A stretch of 61,990 nucleotides of DNA from a virus (lineage: Duplodnaviria > Caudoviricetes): the IMG/VR virus record IMGVR_UViG_3300037475_000049, positions 1 to 61,990 of that record. One strand, given 5' to 3'. Shown here piece after piece: positions 8,924 through 18,505 of this stretch. Each line of letters starts with the position of its first letter. Position 1 is the stretch's first letter. A model generated the notes under the pieces. The model did no database searches. It saw only the letters and a program-made list of their open reading frames with translations, and had not been told where the DNA came from. A program made the translations under genes and the position numbers.

Positions 8924-9291
8924 GCTTCCGTGATCTCAACTTCCACCCTTGGGTTATCCGCATCCTTAAACAGCCGCGATCCATCCCAGGAAACGATTAA
9001 ACGGTCGTTCTCCACGATCCCGCCCTTCTCCAGTGTGTCCGCCAAGGCCTGATAGAAGCCCGCAGCGTCACCGACAAGGGCTTCACGGTAGAACAAGGCT
9101 TTGACGTTACACGGAACGATCCAGCAACTGAAGGTTCTATTGGTCGCCCTTTCAGAGCGCCACTTCGCCAACTGCAACTGCGCCATGCGGTCCCAGGCGG
9201 AATACGCTGCGCTGGGCATGGAGTGGCCTTGCTTAGTGCGAAAGCCGTGATTTTTCTTCGTGCGGGGCGCTCCGTATAGAACTAACTTCAC
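8920..9291 (-). CDS. rusA: RusA-family Holliday junction resolvase
   Basis: G.P..KKN N-terminus; D....Q.L.D.L...GI.ENDR.I.......D.DNPRVEVEI. Confidence 0.75.
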   Translation of the reverse strand: MKLVLYGAPRTKKNHGFRTKQGHSMPSAAYSAWDRMAQLQLAKWRSERATNRTFSCWIVPCNVKALFYREALVGDAAGFYQALADTLEKGGIVENDRLIVSWDGSRLFKDADNPRVEVEITEA

Positions 9292-9539
9292 TCTGCCTCC
9301 GGTGCCGGGTTGCGCGTCGGCGGCAGCAGGCGCATTAGATGTTCTTTCAAGCAGTCATTCCCGCAAAGATCATGAACCTCGTAATACTTAGACTCTTCAG
9401 GCATCGTGTGAGCCCCAATGAATCCAAGCTCTATCCAAATCCCGTGTTCGGCGTACTTCTGCACGCCAATCTGGTGCCAATGGTTCGTTTCGCCCTTGAT
9501 CTTGCCGCAGCAATCGCACTTCGTGCCGGAGAAGTTCAC
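9288..9539 (-). CDS. Zn-binding hypothetical protein
   Basis: CDCCG...HDLCGNDC. Confidence 0.6.
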   Translation of the reverse strand: MNFSGTKCDCCGKIKGETNHWHQIGVQKYAEHGIWIELGFIGAHTMPEESKYYEVHDLCGNDCLKEHLMRLLPPTRNPAPEAE

Positions 9540-9727
9540 AACTTCTCCTTCGGCAGCTTCCCCACGAGACGCCCGCGATCCTCTTGCTGTGCCCTAGCGC
9601 GTCCTGCTTTCGCCTTGCGCTTATGGCTGGGCGATTCGGCAGGGATGAAGGCGCGGCGCACATCGTCTATGTTGTAGTGACCCGGATCGTAGGCCCTCGG
9701 TTCTTCGAGCGTGAGCTTGGGTTTCAT
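9536..9727 (-). CDS. Hypothetical basic protein
   Basis: 63 aa, coupled both sides. Confidence 0.5.
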   Translation of the reverse strand: MKPKLTLEEPRAYDPGHYNIDDVRRAFIPAESPSHKRKAKAGRARAQQEDRGRLVGKLPKEKL

Positions 9728-9891
9728 GCTCCAATCCTCCGCAATGCTCTGTAGATGTAATCTGTGCTGACGGCATGGATGAGCGCAATCTGCTCTACCG
9801 TGTGGCCGCGCTCACGCAAGCGGTAAGCGTCCGCGCCAATGTATAGTAAACGCTCCGTGAGCCACGCGCGGGTGCGGGGGAGTTCGCTCAT
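9724..9891 (-). CDS. Small HTH protein (55 aa, not in ORF track)
   Basis: MSELPRT...AYRLRERGHTVEQIALIHAVSTDYIYRALRR; ATGA overlaps at both ends. Confidence 0.65.
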   Translation of the reverse strand: MSELPRTRAWLTERLLYIGADAYRLRERGHTVEQIALIHAVSTDYIYRALRRIGA

Positions 9892-10049
9892 GCGGCATGC
9901 CTTTTCTTAGGAGCTGGCGGCGCGGGATGCTTCATTCCAAGGTACTCGGCGACCGCACGCTCCACTACGGTTCGCACCTTCATCCCCATGGAGTCTGCGT
10001 ATTTTACGACGGCTTTGTGGAGCGCGTCCGGCAACGCTGTAGTCTTCAT
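9888..10049 (-). CDS. Ribbon-helix-helix (Arc/CopG-like) regulator (53 aa, not in ORF track)
   Basis: MKTTALPDALHKAVVKYADSMGMKVRTVVERAVAEYL. Confidence 0.7.
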   Translation of the reverse strand: MKTTALPDALHKAVVKYADSMGMKVRTVVERAVAEYLGMKHPAPPAPKKRHAA

Positions 10050-10056
10050 GCTTTAA

Positions 10057-10125
10057 AGGGTACAATGGAAGTGATGTTACTGTCAACAGAATTGTGTTGA
10101 CTTGTACTTTTCCTAGCCTTATACT
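10057..10125. promoter_or_regulatory. Divergent sigma70 promoter pair
   Basis: + strand TTGACT(10097)-17-TATACT(10120); - strand TTGACA(10086)-18-TACCCT(10062). Confidence 0.75.
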
Positions 10126-10131
10126 TAATCC

Positions 10132-10305
10132 GTGCCTAATATCACTGAAACCGAAGAAGGTCGCGCCATGCTTGAGCGCGTCCAGCGGCAGACGGAGTTT
10201 CTGCAATCGCGGGAGCCACAGCACGTCCTCAGCCGCTACGGGGAGCTGCCGAAATTCCCAGTGAAGTTGGTACTGCCGACCGTGCCAAGCAAGGAGCAGA
10301 AATGA
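10132..10305 (+). CDS. Hypothetical protein (57 aa, leaderless)
   Basis: GTG 6 nt after the -10; ATGA overlap with next gene. Confidence 0.5.
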   Translation: MPNITETEEGRAMLERVQRQTEFLQSREPQHVLSRYGELPKFPVKLVLPTVPSKEQK

Positions 10306-10520
10306 AAGCCACACCTGAGCAGCAATTATGGTTCTTGGCGCGCGATGTCCTCCCAGCGATCAAAGCCATCGTTGACGGATACGACTATAACCCAGGAGAT
10401 TCTGACTTGGACAACGAACAACCGATCCATGTCCGGATGACATTGGGGGATTATCGTCGCGCCTTTAGGCTACATCCACATATAGAGACAACAGCGCTGA
10501 TGGCGCTGGAGGAAAAATGA
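10302..10520 (+). CDS. Hypothetical protein
   Basis: 72 aa, AGGAG RBS. Confidence 0.55.
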   Translation: MKATPEQQLWFLARDVLPAIKAIVDGYDYNPGDSDLDNEQPIHVRMTLGDYRRAFRLHPHIETTALMALEEK

Positions 10521-11782
10521 GCACCGATGTGGTGGTGATTCCGCACGCCACACTTATGCCCGTCATGAGCATTCAGCAGGCCGCTGAACGCCATAACATG
10601 CTGGTCGAGTACACCAAGTCCTTAATGGTGAAAGATCAGGACTTTGGCGTTATCCCCGGAGTCAGCAAGCCGTGTCTCTACAAGGCTGGCGCGGAGAAGT
10701 TGCTTTCGCTGTTCGGTTTTAGTCCGTCATTCTCACTGATCGAGCGTACCGAGGATTGGACCGGCAAGGATCACGGCGGGGAGCCCTTCTTCTATTACTT
10801 CTACAAGTGCCAACTACTACGCGGCGGGGAGATCCTCGGTGAAGGCGATGGCTCCTGTAACTCATGGGAGAAGAAGTACCGCTATCGCAACGGGGATCGT
10901 AAGTGTCCGCAATGTGGGAAGCCCACTATCATCGTAGGGAAACAGGAATATGGTGGCGGATTCATTTGCTTCGCTAAGAAAGGCGGGTGCGGCGCTAAGT
11001 TTGGATCAAAGGATGTAGCTATCACGGGGCAGGATACTGGACAGGTTCCCAACCCTGACATCGCGGAGCAAGTCAACACGCTTCAAAAGATGGCGCAGAA
11101 GCGGGCGTTGGTGGCGGCGGTGCTGATAGCTTGTAATGCGTCCGCGTTCTATACGCAGGATGTAGAGGACATGCAGACCATAGACGTAACGCCAACCGAG
11201 ACGCGAGATGAAGTTGTGGAGCGAAGATTAGCGGAAGAAAAAGCTAAAGCTATTCGCGACACTAACAACGATCCAACGGTTGCGGCTGTGGTGAATGATC
11301 CAAGTTATGAGGAACGTCATCGAAATATGATCCTCGAAGCCAATGCGGTGCTGGATGATGTTAACAAGGTTCTGCTGACAGAACATCCACCGGATGCGCC
11401 GACTAAACCCACCCGTAAGCGCGGCGCTATCAGCTTCACGGCACTCAAGCAATGGGGGGAGATTAAGAAAGAAATCCTTGCGCTCTCCGGCACCACGGAC
11501 CTGTACTACAAGGCGCTGTCTACTGGCGGCTACCAACACGCCGATGAGATCAAGACGCAGGAGGACGCCGCGAAGATCTGGAAGGCGCTGAAGGAGATCA
11601 CGGCAGAACTACGGCCAAAACAGCAGGTGCGCACTCTCGAAGAGGAATTGCGCAGCCACGAGAAGCAGCCTAAATTCATGGATGTGCTGGGGGCTCATGG
11701 ATTCGAGAGCGTGGGGGATGTTATTGAACGCGCGAATGGCACTCAGTTAGGATTGCTGCTTTCAGAACTGAGACAGGGATGA
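10517..11782 (+). CDS. Putative ssDNA-annealing/recombination protein with Zn-ribbon insert
   Basis: DFGVIPG..KPCLYKAGAEKL...GSCNSWEKKY...NTLQKMAQKRALVAA...FYTQDVED, a widespread phage family; function inferred. Confidence 0.6.
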   Translation: MSTDVVVIPHATLMPVMSIQQAAERHNMLVEYTKSLMVKDQDFGVIPGVSKPCLYKAGAEKLLSLFGFSPSFSLIERTEDWTGKDHGGEPFFYYFYKCQLLRGGEILGEGDGSCNSWEKKYRYRNGDRKCPQCGKPTIIVGKQEYGGGFICFAKKGGCGAKFGSKDVAITGQDTGQVPNPDIAEQVNTLQKMAQKRALVAAVLIACNASAFYTQDVEDMQTIDVTPTETRDEVVERRLAEEKAKAIRDTNNDPTVAAVVNDPSYEERHRNMILEANAVLDDVNKVLLTEHPPDAPTKPTRKRGAISFTALKQWGEIKKEILALSGTTDLYYKALSTGGYQHADEIKTQEDAAKIWKALKEITAELRPKQQVRTLEEELRSHEKQPKFMDVLGAHGFESVGDVIERANGTQLGLLLSELRQG

Positions 11783-11812
11783 CCATGCGCTCTGCGCTAG
11801 GAGAGGAACACT

Positions 11813-12268
11813 ATGAGCAACGCTGAAAAAGCTGAATCGAATGCCCGGCCGCTGACCATGAGCGCGGAGCGATTGCAGCAGATACGCGAGCGGTGGATTC
11901 CGAATGGCCCACAGGTGCTCATTGACCTGATGGCAGAATTGGACGCTCGCGAGTTGGCCCACGCCGAGACGCGGGAGCAGTTGAATGGTGCGCTCGAAAA
12001 CGCAGATGATATCGCGGTGAAGTTGGGCGTCGAGTGCGATGACATGACCGACGCGCAGGTATGGCACGCGAGCGTTCAAGCGATCAAGGCATTAAGGGAG
12101 CAGTTGGCGCAAGCGCAGAAGGATACAGAGCACGTGATGCGCTGTCGCGAACTTCAGTGTGGCATTTGCGGACGGATCGAAAAGGATGCCGCTCTCCGCG
12201 CCAAACAAGAGCCCCCGCCGGCGAAATGTGAACTGTGCGATTGCGAGGTATGTGAATGCGGATGGTAA
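11813..12268 (+). CDS. Hypothetical coiled-coil protein with Cys-rich tail
   Basis: 151 aa, GAGGA RBS. Confidence 0.55.
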   Translation: MSNAEKAESNARPLTMSAERLQQIRERWIPNGPQVLIDLMAELDARELAHAETREQLNGALENADDIAVKLGVECDDMTDAQVWHASVQAIKALREQLAQAQKDTEHVMRCRELQCGICGRIEKDAALRAKQEPPPAKCELCDCEVCECGW

Positions 12269-12332
12269 TTTTTGCGTCGCGTCCCGCAGAGTCTCCGTCT
12301 TCGGACACCGCTGGTTTTCAGGGGAGACGCCA

Positions 12333-12524
12333 GTGAGCGTTGCGCGTTATGAAGTCGTTCATTGGTTCACTACACCGAAGCGTCTGCGCGAATTGGCCGA
12401 CGAGATGGAGGCGTTCTGGAGGACCTGCCAGCCGGGTCAAGACAAGACTGTCGCGGTCGAATGGAGCCGCGATACGGCGCTGCACATCTTAGTGGATCAG
12501 GACAATATCGGAGCAAAGTCATGA
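12333..12524 (+). CDS. Hypothetical protein
   Basis: GGAG RBS then GTG. Confidence 0.45.
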   Translation: MSVARYEVVHWFTTPKRLRELADEMEAFWRTCQPGQDKTVAVEWSRDTALHILVDQDNIGAKS

Positions 12525-12600
12525 CGCCAATCGAGTTCATTGGGGCTATGGCTGTTCTTCTGTTTGTGATTGCCGCGATTGGCGCGTGCAACGGCACTTT

Positions 12601-13701
12601 ATGACGGTTCGTCTACTACAGATCGACGGCAAGATACCGAACATCGCCCTGATGCGACTAGCGGCCCACCACCGCGCGTTGGGTGACGATGTAGTCTACC
12701 ATCACGCCGATTCACTGGCTGGCGTGCACCCGTTCCAATTCGGTAGCGAGGACAAGATTTACGCGAGCGCCATTTTCTCGCGATCCAAGCCGATCATAGA
12801 CGAATTACTTTGGGGCAGGCCGGATGCCATCGTGGGCGGAACTGGCGTCGATGTGCCGCCGCTGGTAATGAGTAGCTTGGAAAAGCTGGGCGTCTCCACG
12901 TTGGAACAAGACTATTCCATCTATCCGAAATATCGGCGTTCGATTGGATTCACGCAGCGCGGCTGCCGCCTTAAATGCTCTTTCTGCGTGGTGCCTCAAA
13001 AAGAAGGCAAGGTTAAGGAAACAGCTACCATCGCGGACATCTGGCGCGGCGATCCGTGGCCCCGTGAAGTGATCTTGCTCGACAACGATTTCTTCGGTCA
13101 ACCGCACTGGCGGGAACGCATTCAGGAAATCCGCGATGGGAATTTCAAGGTCAGTTTCAATCAAGGAATCAATGCCCGCTGCCTCACGGAAGAAACGGCT
13201 GAAGCTATCGCTTCCGTCCGCTACTACGACGATGATTTCACCCGGCGCTGCATCTATACCGCGTGGGACAGTCGCGCCGATGAGGAGCGCCTGTTCGCCG
13301 GGTTGAATCGGCTAGTGAAGTACGGCGTGAAACCGGATCACATCACGGTCTACATGCTATGCGGATATTGGCCCGGTGAAACGCAGGCGGATCGCGAGTA
13401 TCGCCGCAAGAGGCTGAGGGACTTCGGCGCTCGCCCGTTCCCGATGGTGTACGGAGAAAAGACGCCAGAACTCGCCGGGTTCCAGCGCTGGGTGATACGC
13501 AGGGCCGACGTGGGCAAAAACGCCTGCTCATGGGAAGAATTCGCGGCGGCTAACTACAGGCCCGAAAACGTAGGAATGCGAATGAATCTCACCCCAGCGC
13601 CCTTACCTGTCCGAGAAGTGGATGAACAAAATATGAGTTTGCGTCCCGCAGAAGTTGGGGCTTCGGACGCCATTTCTTTGCAGGGGAGAAAGCCTGAATG
13701 A
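12601..13701 (+). CDS. Radical SAM enzyme
   Basis: TQRGCRLKCSFC (CxxxCxxC), LLDNDFF, FNQGINAR; N-terminal IDGKIPNIALM domain. Confidence 0.88.
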   Translation: MTVRLLQIDGKIPNIALMRLAAHHRALGDDVVYHHADSLAGVHPFQFGSEDKIYASAIFSRSKPIIDELLWGRPDAIVGGTGVDVPPLVMSSLEKLGVSTLEQDYSIYPKYRRSIGFTQRGCRLKCSFCVVPQKEGKVKETATIADIWRGDPWPREVILLDNDFFGQPHWRERIQEIRDGNFKVSFNQGINARCLTEETAEAIASVRYYDDDFTRRCIYTAWDSRADEERLFAGLNRLVKYGVKPDHITVYMLCGYWPGETQADREYRRKRLRDFGARPFPMVYGEKTPELAGFQRWVIRRADVGKNACSWEEFAAANYRPENVGMRMNLTPAPLPVREVDEQNMSLRPAEVGASDAISLQGRKPE

Positions 13702-13916
13702 ATAAGGCGCAACTCTTGAGGTCGCGCAGTTGGAAGCCGGATGGAAAGGGTATGTGGTCGAAGCGTGGCTGGGAACTACCGACAGATTCCGCCTTCGCCC
13801 TGGAGGAGATCATGGAACGCGAGAAGGGCGCGATTACCCCGCGAAACGAAGTGTCGAATACCCAGGCGAGTAGGCTTCGCCGCCTCATTGAAAATCCAGT
13901 TTGGGGGCTGCAATGA
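13698..13916 (+). CDS. Hypothetical protein
   Basis: ATGA-coupled. Confidence 0.45.
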   Translation: MNKAQLLRSRSWKPDGKGMWSKRGWELPTDSAFALEEIMEREKGAITPRNEVSNTQASRLRRLIENPVWGLQ

Positions 13917-14296
13917 GCGCCCATACTCGCGGACCGTGGATAGTCGATGCCGAATTAGACGTGTGCGCCGAGGGCGGAGAACTCATTGCTAGCTGTTTTC
14001 CGATGATGTCGGACTATCACGCGAGGGAGGGCAACGCGCGCCTGATCGCCGCCGCGCCGGAACTGCTGGCGGCATTGAAGTGGGCCATGCGGGGAATCCC
14101 AAAGTACGCGCGGCGCATCAAGGGCCAGAACGAAGGGTACTGCGACGGATGGGATGCCGCGCATGCTGCAATCGCGAAGGCAGAAGAATTGGAACCTGAA
14201 AGCACAAACTCCTCCGCAGCCCCACAGCCCGAGCCGTTGGCTTCCAGCGGGGATGAGGGTGCTGATGCCTTGCCGTTCCCGGGGGGGCGCGAATGA
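13913..14296 (+). CDS. Phage HTPGPW/ANARLIAAAPE family protein (paralog of 7298..7597)
   Basis: HTRGPW...GNARLIAAAPELLAAL. Confidence 0.7.
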   Translation: MSAHTRGPWIVDAELDVCAEGGELIASCFPMMSDYHAREGNARLIAAAPELLAALKWAMRGIPKYARRIKGQNEGYCDGWDAAHAAIAKAEELEPESTNSSAAPQPEPLASSGDEGADALPFPGGRE

Positions 14297-14297
14297 C

Positions 14298-14480
14298 TCA
14301 GCAGACGTGTTTGCGCTTCGTCGCCCTCTCGACCGTCATGGCCCCACAGGGGCAACGTAGCGCGGCCCTGGGCCGTCCTGGGCCTGCGCCGTGGGTCACC
14401 CGTTTAGCCGAGGCTTGGCGGGCGGCGTCTGCTCGAATTAGCGCCGCCCTGATGGGCTTACCGCAATGGGGGCATTTCAC
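14298..14480 (-). CDS. Small Zn/AT-hook-like basic protein
   Basis: KCPHCG...GPGRPR...RCPCG. Confidence 0.55.
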   Translation of the reverse strand: MKCPHCGKPIRAALIRADAARQASAKRVTHGAGPGRPRAALRCPCGAMTVERATKRKHVC

Positions 14481-14481
14481 C

Positions 14482-14775
14482 CTACAGTACCTCGGCCTTC
14501 CATGTGCCGCAGTCAAACGCAACGACCCGAACGCGCCAGCGACGAATGGCTTCTGGCAGGGTGTGATACCAGAAGCCGAATCCAGTTCGCGGGCATTGTG
14601 CCCACACCCCGTTATTCCCGCTAACGAACTGGATTGCACCGAACGGCGTGCCAGCATCCGAATACTTCGGAAGGGCATTGAGCCGCTCCATGATCTCGAA
14701 CTCGACCGGACGCGCCTCAGCGTCAATCTGACGCGACAGAGCAGCGCTCCCCCGGCTATATGCGGCGTGACCCAT
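14482..14775 (-). CDS. Hypothetical protein (antisense cassette)
   Basis: 97 aa, GGAGG RBS. Confidence 0.6.
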   Translation of the reverse strand: MGHAAYSRGSAALSRQIDAEARPVEFEIMERLNALPKYSDAGTPFGAIQFVSGNNGVWAQCPRTGFGFWYHTLPEAIRRWRVRVVAFDCGTWKAEVL

Positions 14776-15030
14776 CTACGACGCCTCCACGAGGGCATCA
14801 GCGGAGACCGCTATGTTAAAGCGGCGTCCACGAGTGTCCACCAGCATCGCGAACTCGGATCGAGTGCACAGCTTAATAATCCGCTGATCGGGACGGCGAG
14901 CGGACTTGGCAGCGTTCAGGGTATGGAACGCGGCAGAATCGACCCAGCGATAGGGCTTGCCGCTGTGGGCGACAATGGCCTCCGGGTTGTTGTACCGGGT
15001 TTGGGTTCTGTATTTGTCTGCGTTGTTCAT
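14776..15030 (-). CDS. Hypothetical protein (antisense cassette, leaderless)
   Basis: ATG 6 nt after TATGAT. Confidence 0.6.
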   Translation of the reverse strand: MNNADKYRTQTRYNNPEAIVAHSGKPYRWVDSAAFHTLNAAKSARRPDQRIIKLCTRSEFAMLVDTRGRRFNIAVSADALVEAS

Positions 15031-15036
15031 GCTCTT

Positions 15037-15065
15037 ATCATAAAACACCTGCTGTTTATTGTCAA
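15037..15065 (-). promoter_or_regulatory. Near-consensus sigma70 promoter
   Basis: TTGACA-17-TATGAT. Confidence 0.85.
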
Positions 15066-15367
15066 GAATATTTTAAAAATAAGTGGTGTAGTCCCTGCAA
15101 ACGGCGCGGTGTGCGTGCCGCAAATCCAGCCGGACGGCGAAGATATTGCGGATGCGAGTGGGTTCGAGGGAGGAAAGAAGTGAAAGTCGGAATATCAGTC
15201 CAGTGTGCTATGTGCCACAGAACCAAGCAGCCTCACGGTCGCTCCGCTCCGATAGGTACGCCCTTCTGAGGGCTACCGGCAAGACCCGCAAGCGGGATGC
15301 CTATGGCCGGGAGAAACCGAGGAGGATTTTGGATTCATGATCTGCGGGAATGCCACCAAGGAAGTGA

Positions 15368-15835
15368 ATGAGACGCTGTAATATTCCAGAGCCAGAAAAG
15401 TGTGGTGGTCTGGTCTTTCGTGAGGATACTTGTCGGCGGCAGCACGGGCACGCGGGGCTGCATTGGTCTGCCAATAGAGCATGGGGGCAGCGGGACATCC
15501 AGTCCTGGCCACGTCAACGCTTAAGCCAACGGCCTGCCCCTGAAAACGACAAACCCACAGCACTTTCAACTTCGCCGGACGGCGAACAAAAGGGTGCTGA
15601 CAAGGCGCAGGAGAGGGGCGTTGTGAATAGCAAGCCAGTAACGCATGTCTATGTATCGCGTCCCAACCACTTTGGAGGCACAACTCACACGACGCTCTGC
15701 GGTAGAATGGCGGACCCGTCGCGAACAGCCAACACGAGCCCAACCGTGAATTGCAAGTTGTGCCTAAAGAAATCGCAGCCTCCGGCAGAATCGGCGGCTC
15801 GGACTACCAGAGGGAAGGAGGAAGGACAGTGCTGA
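15368..15835 (+). CDS. Hypothetical Cys/His protein
   Basis: 155 aa ORF. Confidence 0.4.
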   Translation: MRRCNIPEPEKCGGLVFREDTCRRQHGHAGLHWSANRAWGQRDIQSWPRQRLSQRPAPENDKPTALSTSPDGEQKGADKAQERGVVNSKPVTHVYVSRPNHFGGTTHTTLCGRMADPSRTANTSPTVNCKLCLKKSQPPAESAARTTRGKEEGQC

Positions 15836-16157
15836 TTGTGATGTCATTGAGCGCGGTATGTTTTGTTGGCGGAATGCTGCTGATGAAGCACTCTTTCGCG
15901 CTGGGCCTTATGTGTTGTGTCATCGGTATGCTTATTGGTCTAGTGGGGGCCAGCCACGCATGACGCTAAGCCAAAGGAGGAGCGGGAATGACTGAGAGTG
16001 CGAAAAATATGCTTTTACCACTAGCGTTTTGGTTCTGGAGTATTGCGGTGGTTTGCACCATTGCCTCCAGATACAACATCACTTCTAGATTGGACAGAAC
16101 GATGATGATAGCCCCAACAGTGGCGTTTTACTTATTGTGTTTGTGGTTGGTGCGCAA

Positions 16158-16898
16158 ATGAACGACAACTCAAAGTCACCAGCAAGCTCGCCGCAGGCTG
16201 GGCAGCAAGTGAAAGCTATTTTTTGCACGATTTGCGGGATAGTACATGGCCTGGAGACGCCATGCGGTGGGACGCCAACATTTTCTCTATCAATCGATAC
16301 GGAAAGGTTGAATTGGCTCGATGGCGGTAGCTGGTGGGATTTTTGTCGTTCCGCAAATCCGCAAGAGCCAGAGAAAACCTTTCATCTGGATATTGGCGAA
16401 GGTGAACACTGCGAAACCTACTCAGCGAAATCGGCCCGCGAAGCCATCGACGCCGCACGTGGGAAGACGCAGCAAGCCCCCGCTGGACAGACTGCGCAGC
16501 ACGCATGGCAGCGCGAACCACGAATTGGAGAAGGTATTGCGGAGAAGCTGAATCGTGGCGAAGATCCAACCGGACAGACTGCGCCAACTGAGAGTGAGCC
16601 GTTGACTATGAGCGCAAAAGATTTGGGTGTCTACAGGCGCATCGTCGGCAATATTGGATATGAAGGGCAGAAGGCTTTGCTTGAGGAATTGGACGCTCGA
16701 GAATTTAAACTGGCCGAGACACGTGAGATCGCGGGGGATCTGACGGCGGCACTGGAGCGCACTACGTTCGCCTTGCGACAAGCAATCCAGAGAGCCGAGC
16801 GCTCTAGCGGCGGGGATTGCCCGGAAAATTGGCTCGATGCAGAGGTTCTAGGGAGATCCGCACTCGCCAAGGCCAAGGCCGCTGATCTAATCAAATGA
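16158..16898 (+). CDS. Mosaic hypothetical protein
   Basis: DTERLNWL motif; segment paralogous to 11813..12268. Confidence 0.55.
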   Translation: MNDNSKSPASSPQAGQQVKAIFCTICGIVHGLETPCGGTPTFSLSIDTERLNWLDGGSWWDFCRSANPQEPEKTFHLDIGEGEHCETYSAKSAREAIDAARGKTQQAPAGQTAQHAWQREPRIGEGIAEKLNRGEDPTGQTAPTESEPLTMSAKDLGVYRRIVGNIGYEGQKALLEELDAREFKLAETREIAGDLTAALERTTFALRQAIQRAERSSGGDCPENWLDAEVLGRSALAKAKAADLIK

Positions 16899-17428
16899 GC
16901 GGAATAAGGATCGACCTCACTGGCAAGCGGTTTGGGAAGTTGACCGCCCTAAATGTGAGCCATCGCAACGAACGCGGAGAAATCTATTGGCTGTGTGTCT
17001 GTGACTGCGGCAATGAAACTAAAGTCCGAGCCGACCACTTACGCAAGGGTGCAACGACATCTTGCAAGTGTGTAATGCGGGATTGGATGGACAATGGGGA
17101 CCGCCGAATTCACGGCGGAAGCTACACGCCGGAACACCGCGTCTGGAAGAATATGCGAGAACGTTGCTCTAATCCGCACAATATAGGTTGGAGAAACTAC
17201 GGCGGTCGCGGCATTCAGGTCTGTGAACGCTGGAATAGTTTCGAGAACTTTTTAGCTGACATGGGTCCGCGCCCTGCTGGGCTGACCATCGAACGCATAA
17301 ACAACGACGGCAATTACGAGCCGGGTAACTGCCGCTGGGCTACGGTCAAGGAGCAGGCAAATAACAGGCGTCGTCACGGCAGACACCCCGCCAAGGCCGC
17401 TGGCATCTCACCGGAGCCGACTAAATGA
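16895..17428 (+). CDS. HNH homing endonuclease
   Basis: [10 protein letters not shown]...WLCVCDCG...[23 protein letters not shown]...[20 protein letters not shown]. Confidence 0.9.
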   Translation: MSGIRIDLTGKRFGKLTALNVSHRNERGEIYWLCVCDCGNETKVRADHLRKGATTSCKCVMRDWMDNGDRRIHGGSYTPEHRVWKNMRERCSNPHNIGWRNYGGRGIQVCERWNSFENFLADMGPRPAGLTIERINNDGNYEPGNCRWATVKEQANNRRRHGRHPAKAAGISPEPTK

Positions 17429-17607
17429 CCGAAGCTGAAGAACTCCGCGCCAAGCTAGAACTCCTGCAATCGAGGTATGACAACCTACTCCGCGACTACA
17501 AAGAGAGTTTGCGCCAGAACGCGCTACTGATGGATGCGTGGCGAGAAGCTAAAGGATTGAATCCCACAGAGGAGCATTCTCATCCGCAATCGAGCACCAG
17601 TTTTTGA
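17425..17607 (+). CDS. Small coiled-coil protein
   Basis: ATGA-coupled. Confidence 0.4.
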   Translation: MTEAEELRAKLELLQSRYDNLLRDYKESLRQNALLMDAWREAKGLNPTEEHSHPQSSTSF

Positions 17608-17884
17608 CATTGGCGATATAGGTCGCGGTGTCATTATGATCGCTAGGGGGAGCCCACGCTGAAATTAACTGCGTTAAACTCTGCCCCATAGCGATCCGCA
17701 AAGCCACGACGTGTGCAACCCCAGCCACTCCAGCCTCACGCGACGGTGGCACCCAGAATCCATTAGTGACAGTAGGATGCGACATCCACGGTGCTCCGCG
17801 AAGGTTGCCGGGGTTAAGCGCTACGATTGGAGCACCTTCTTGCCGAATAATCGCATTCGTAATGCGCTGGATAAGATCACCCAT
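17549..17884 (-). CDS. Lysozyme-like muralytic protein, endolysin candidate
   Basis: IIRQEG....LNPGNLR...[21 protein letters not shown]. Confidence 0.65.
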   Translation of the reverse strand: MGDLIQRITNAIIRQEGAPIVALNPGNLRGAPWMSHPTVTNGFWVPPSREAGVAGVAHVVALRIAMGQSLTQLISAWAPPSDHNDTATYIANVKNWCSIADENAPLWDSIL

Positions 17885-18077
17885 TTGGATGGGTCGCTTC
17901 ATCCGCCGCAATCGTCGCAAGCGTAGCGGAGTCCGTCTGATGGATCGCAGTCACGAGGGCCACAATCATATCGGGAGTCAGCGCGGGGTGCGCCTTAAAT
18001 AAGCTCGCAATGTCCTTTATGAGAGGCAAGGCTAGCGGCTCAAGCGTAAGAATGAGTTGCAGTATTTGTGGGGTCAT
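17877..18077 (-). CDS. Small hydrophobic protein (lysis module)
   Basis: 66 aa, coupled. Confidence 0.55.
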   Translation of the reverse strand: MTPQILQLILTLEPLALPLIKDIASLFKAHPALTPDMIVALVTAIHQTDSATLATIAADEATHPNG

Positions 18078-18505
18078 TGGGACACCGCCGTTTGAATCTG
18101 TTGAACGATTGCCATGATCGCCGCAAAGTCAGCCTGGATAGTTGGATCAAGTCCGCTTACAGTCGGAGTCTTAAACCCCGTTAGCGTGAGGTAGATCTTG
18201 GCTTTCTGGACGCTCCACGTATCTGCGCTTCCCAGTTCCGTCGCGATGCTTTCATTGAGTGTAATGGCAGATTTTGCCCAGTTCCGAATAAGCAGGTTGG
18301 TATCCGGCGTAATCTTGCCTTGATCGCGCAAGGCAATGGAGGCGTTCACGGCTCCGCTGATTGCATCCGCTAATGTCTTGCTGATGTTGAGAACTTGAGT
18401 TTGCGGGCTATTCGGCGGCGCTGGGGTGGTCGCCGTGGTTGGGTTGCCGCACCCCACAAATGCGACTGGCAGCGAGAGCACGAGGGCGAGCGAGATAGTC
18501 TTCAT
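18074..18505 (-). CDS. Lipoprotein, spanin-like candidate
   Basis: MKTISLALVLSLPVAFVGC lipobox; helical body. Confidence 0.65.
   Translation of the reverse strand: MKTISLALVLSLPVAFVGCGNPTTATTPAPPNSPQTQVLNISKTLADAISGAVNASIALRDQGKITPDTNLLIRNWAKSAITLNESIATELGSADTWSVQKAKIYLTLTGFKTPTVSGLDPTIQADFAAIMAIVQQIQTAVSQ

Noticed and set aside
14293-15183. 296-aa + strand ORF
   Set aside because: No protein-like motifs; the opposite strand has three ORFs with a consensus promoter and RBS
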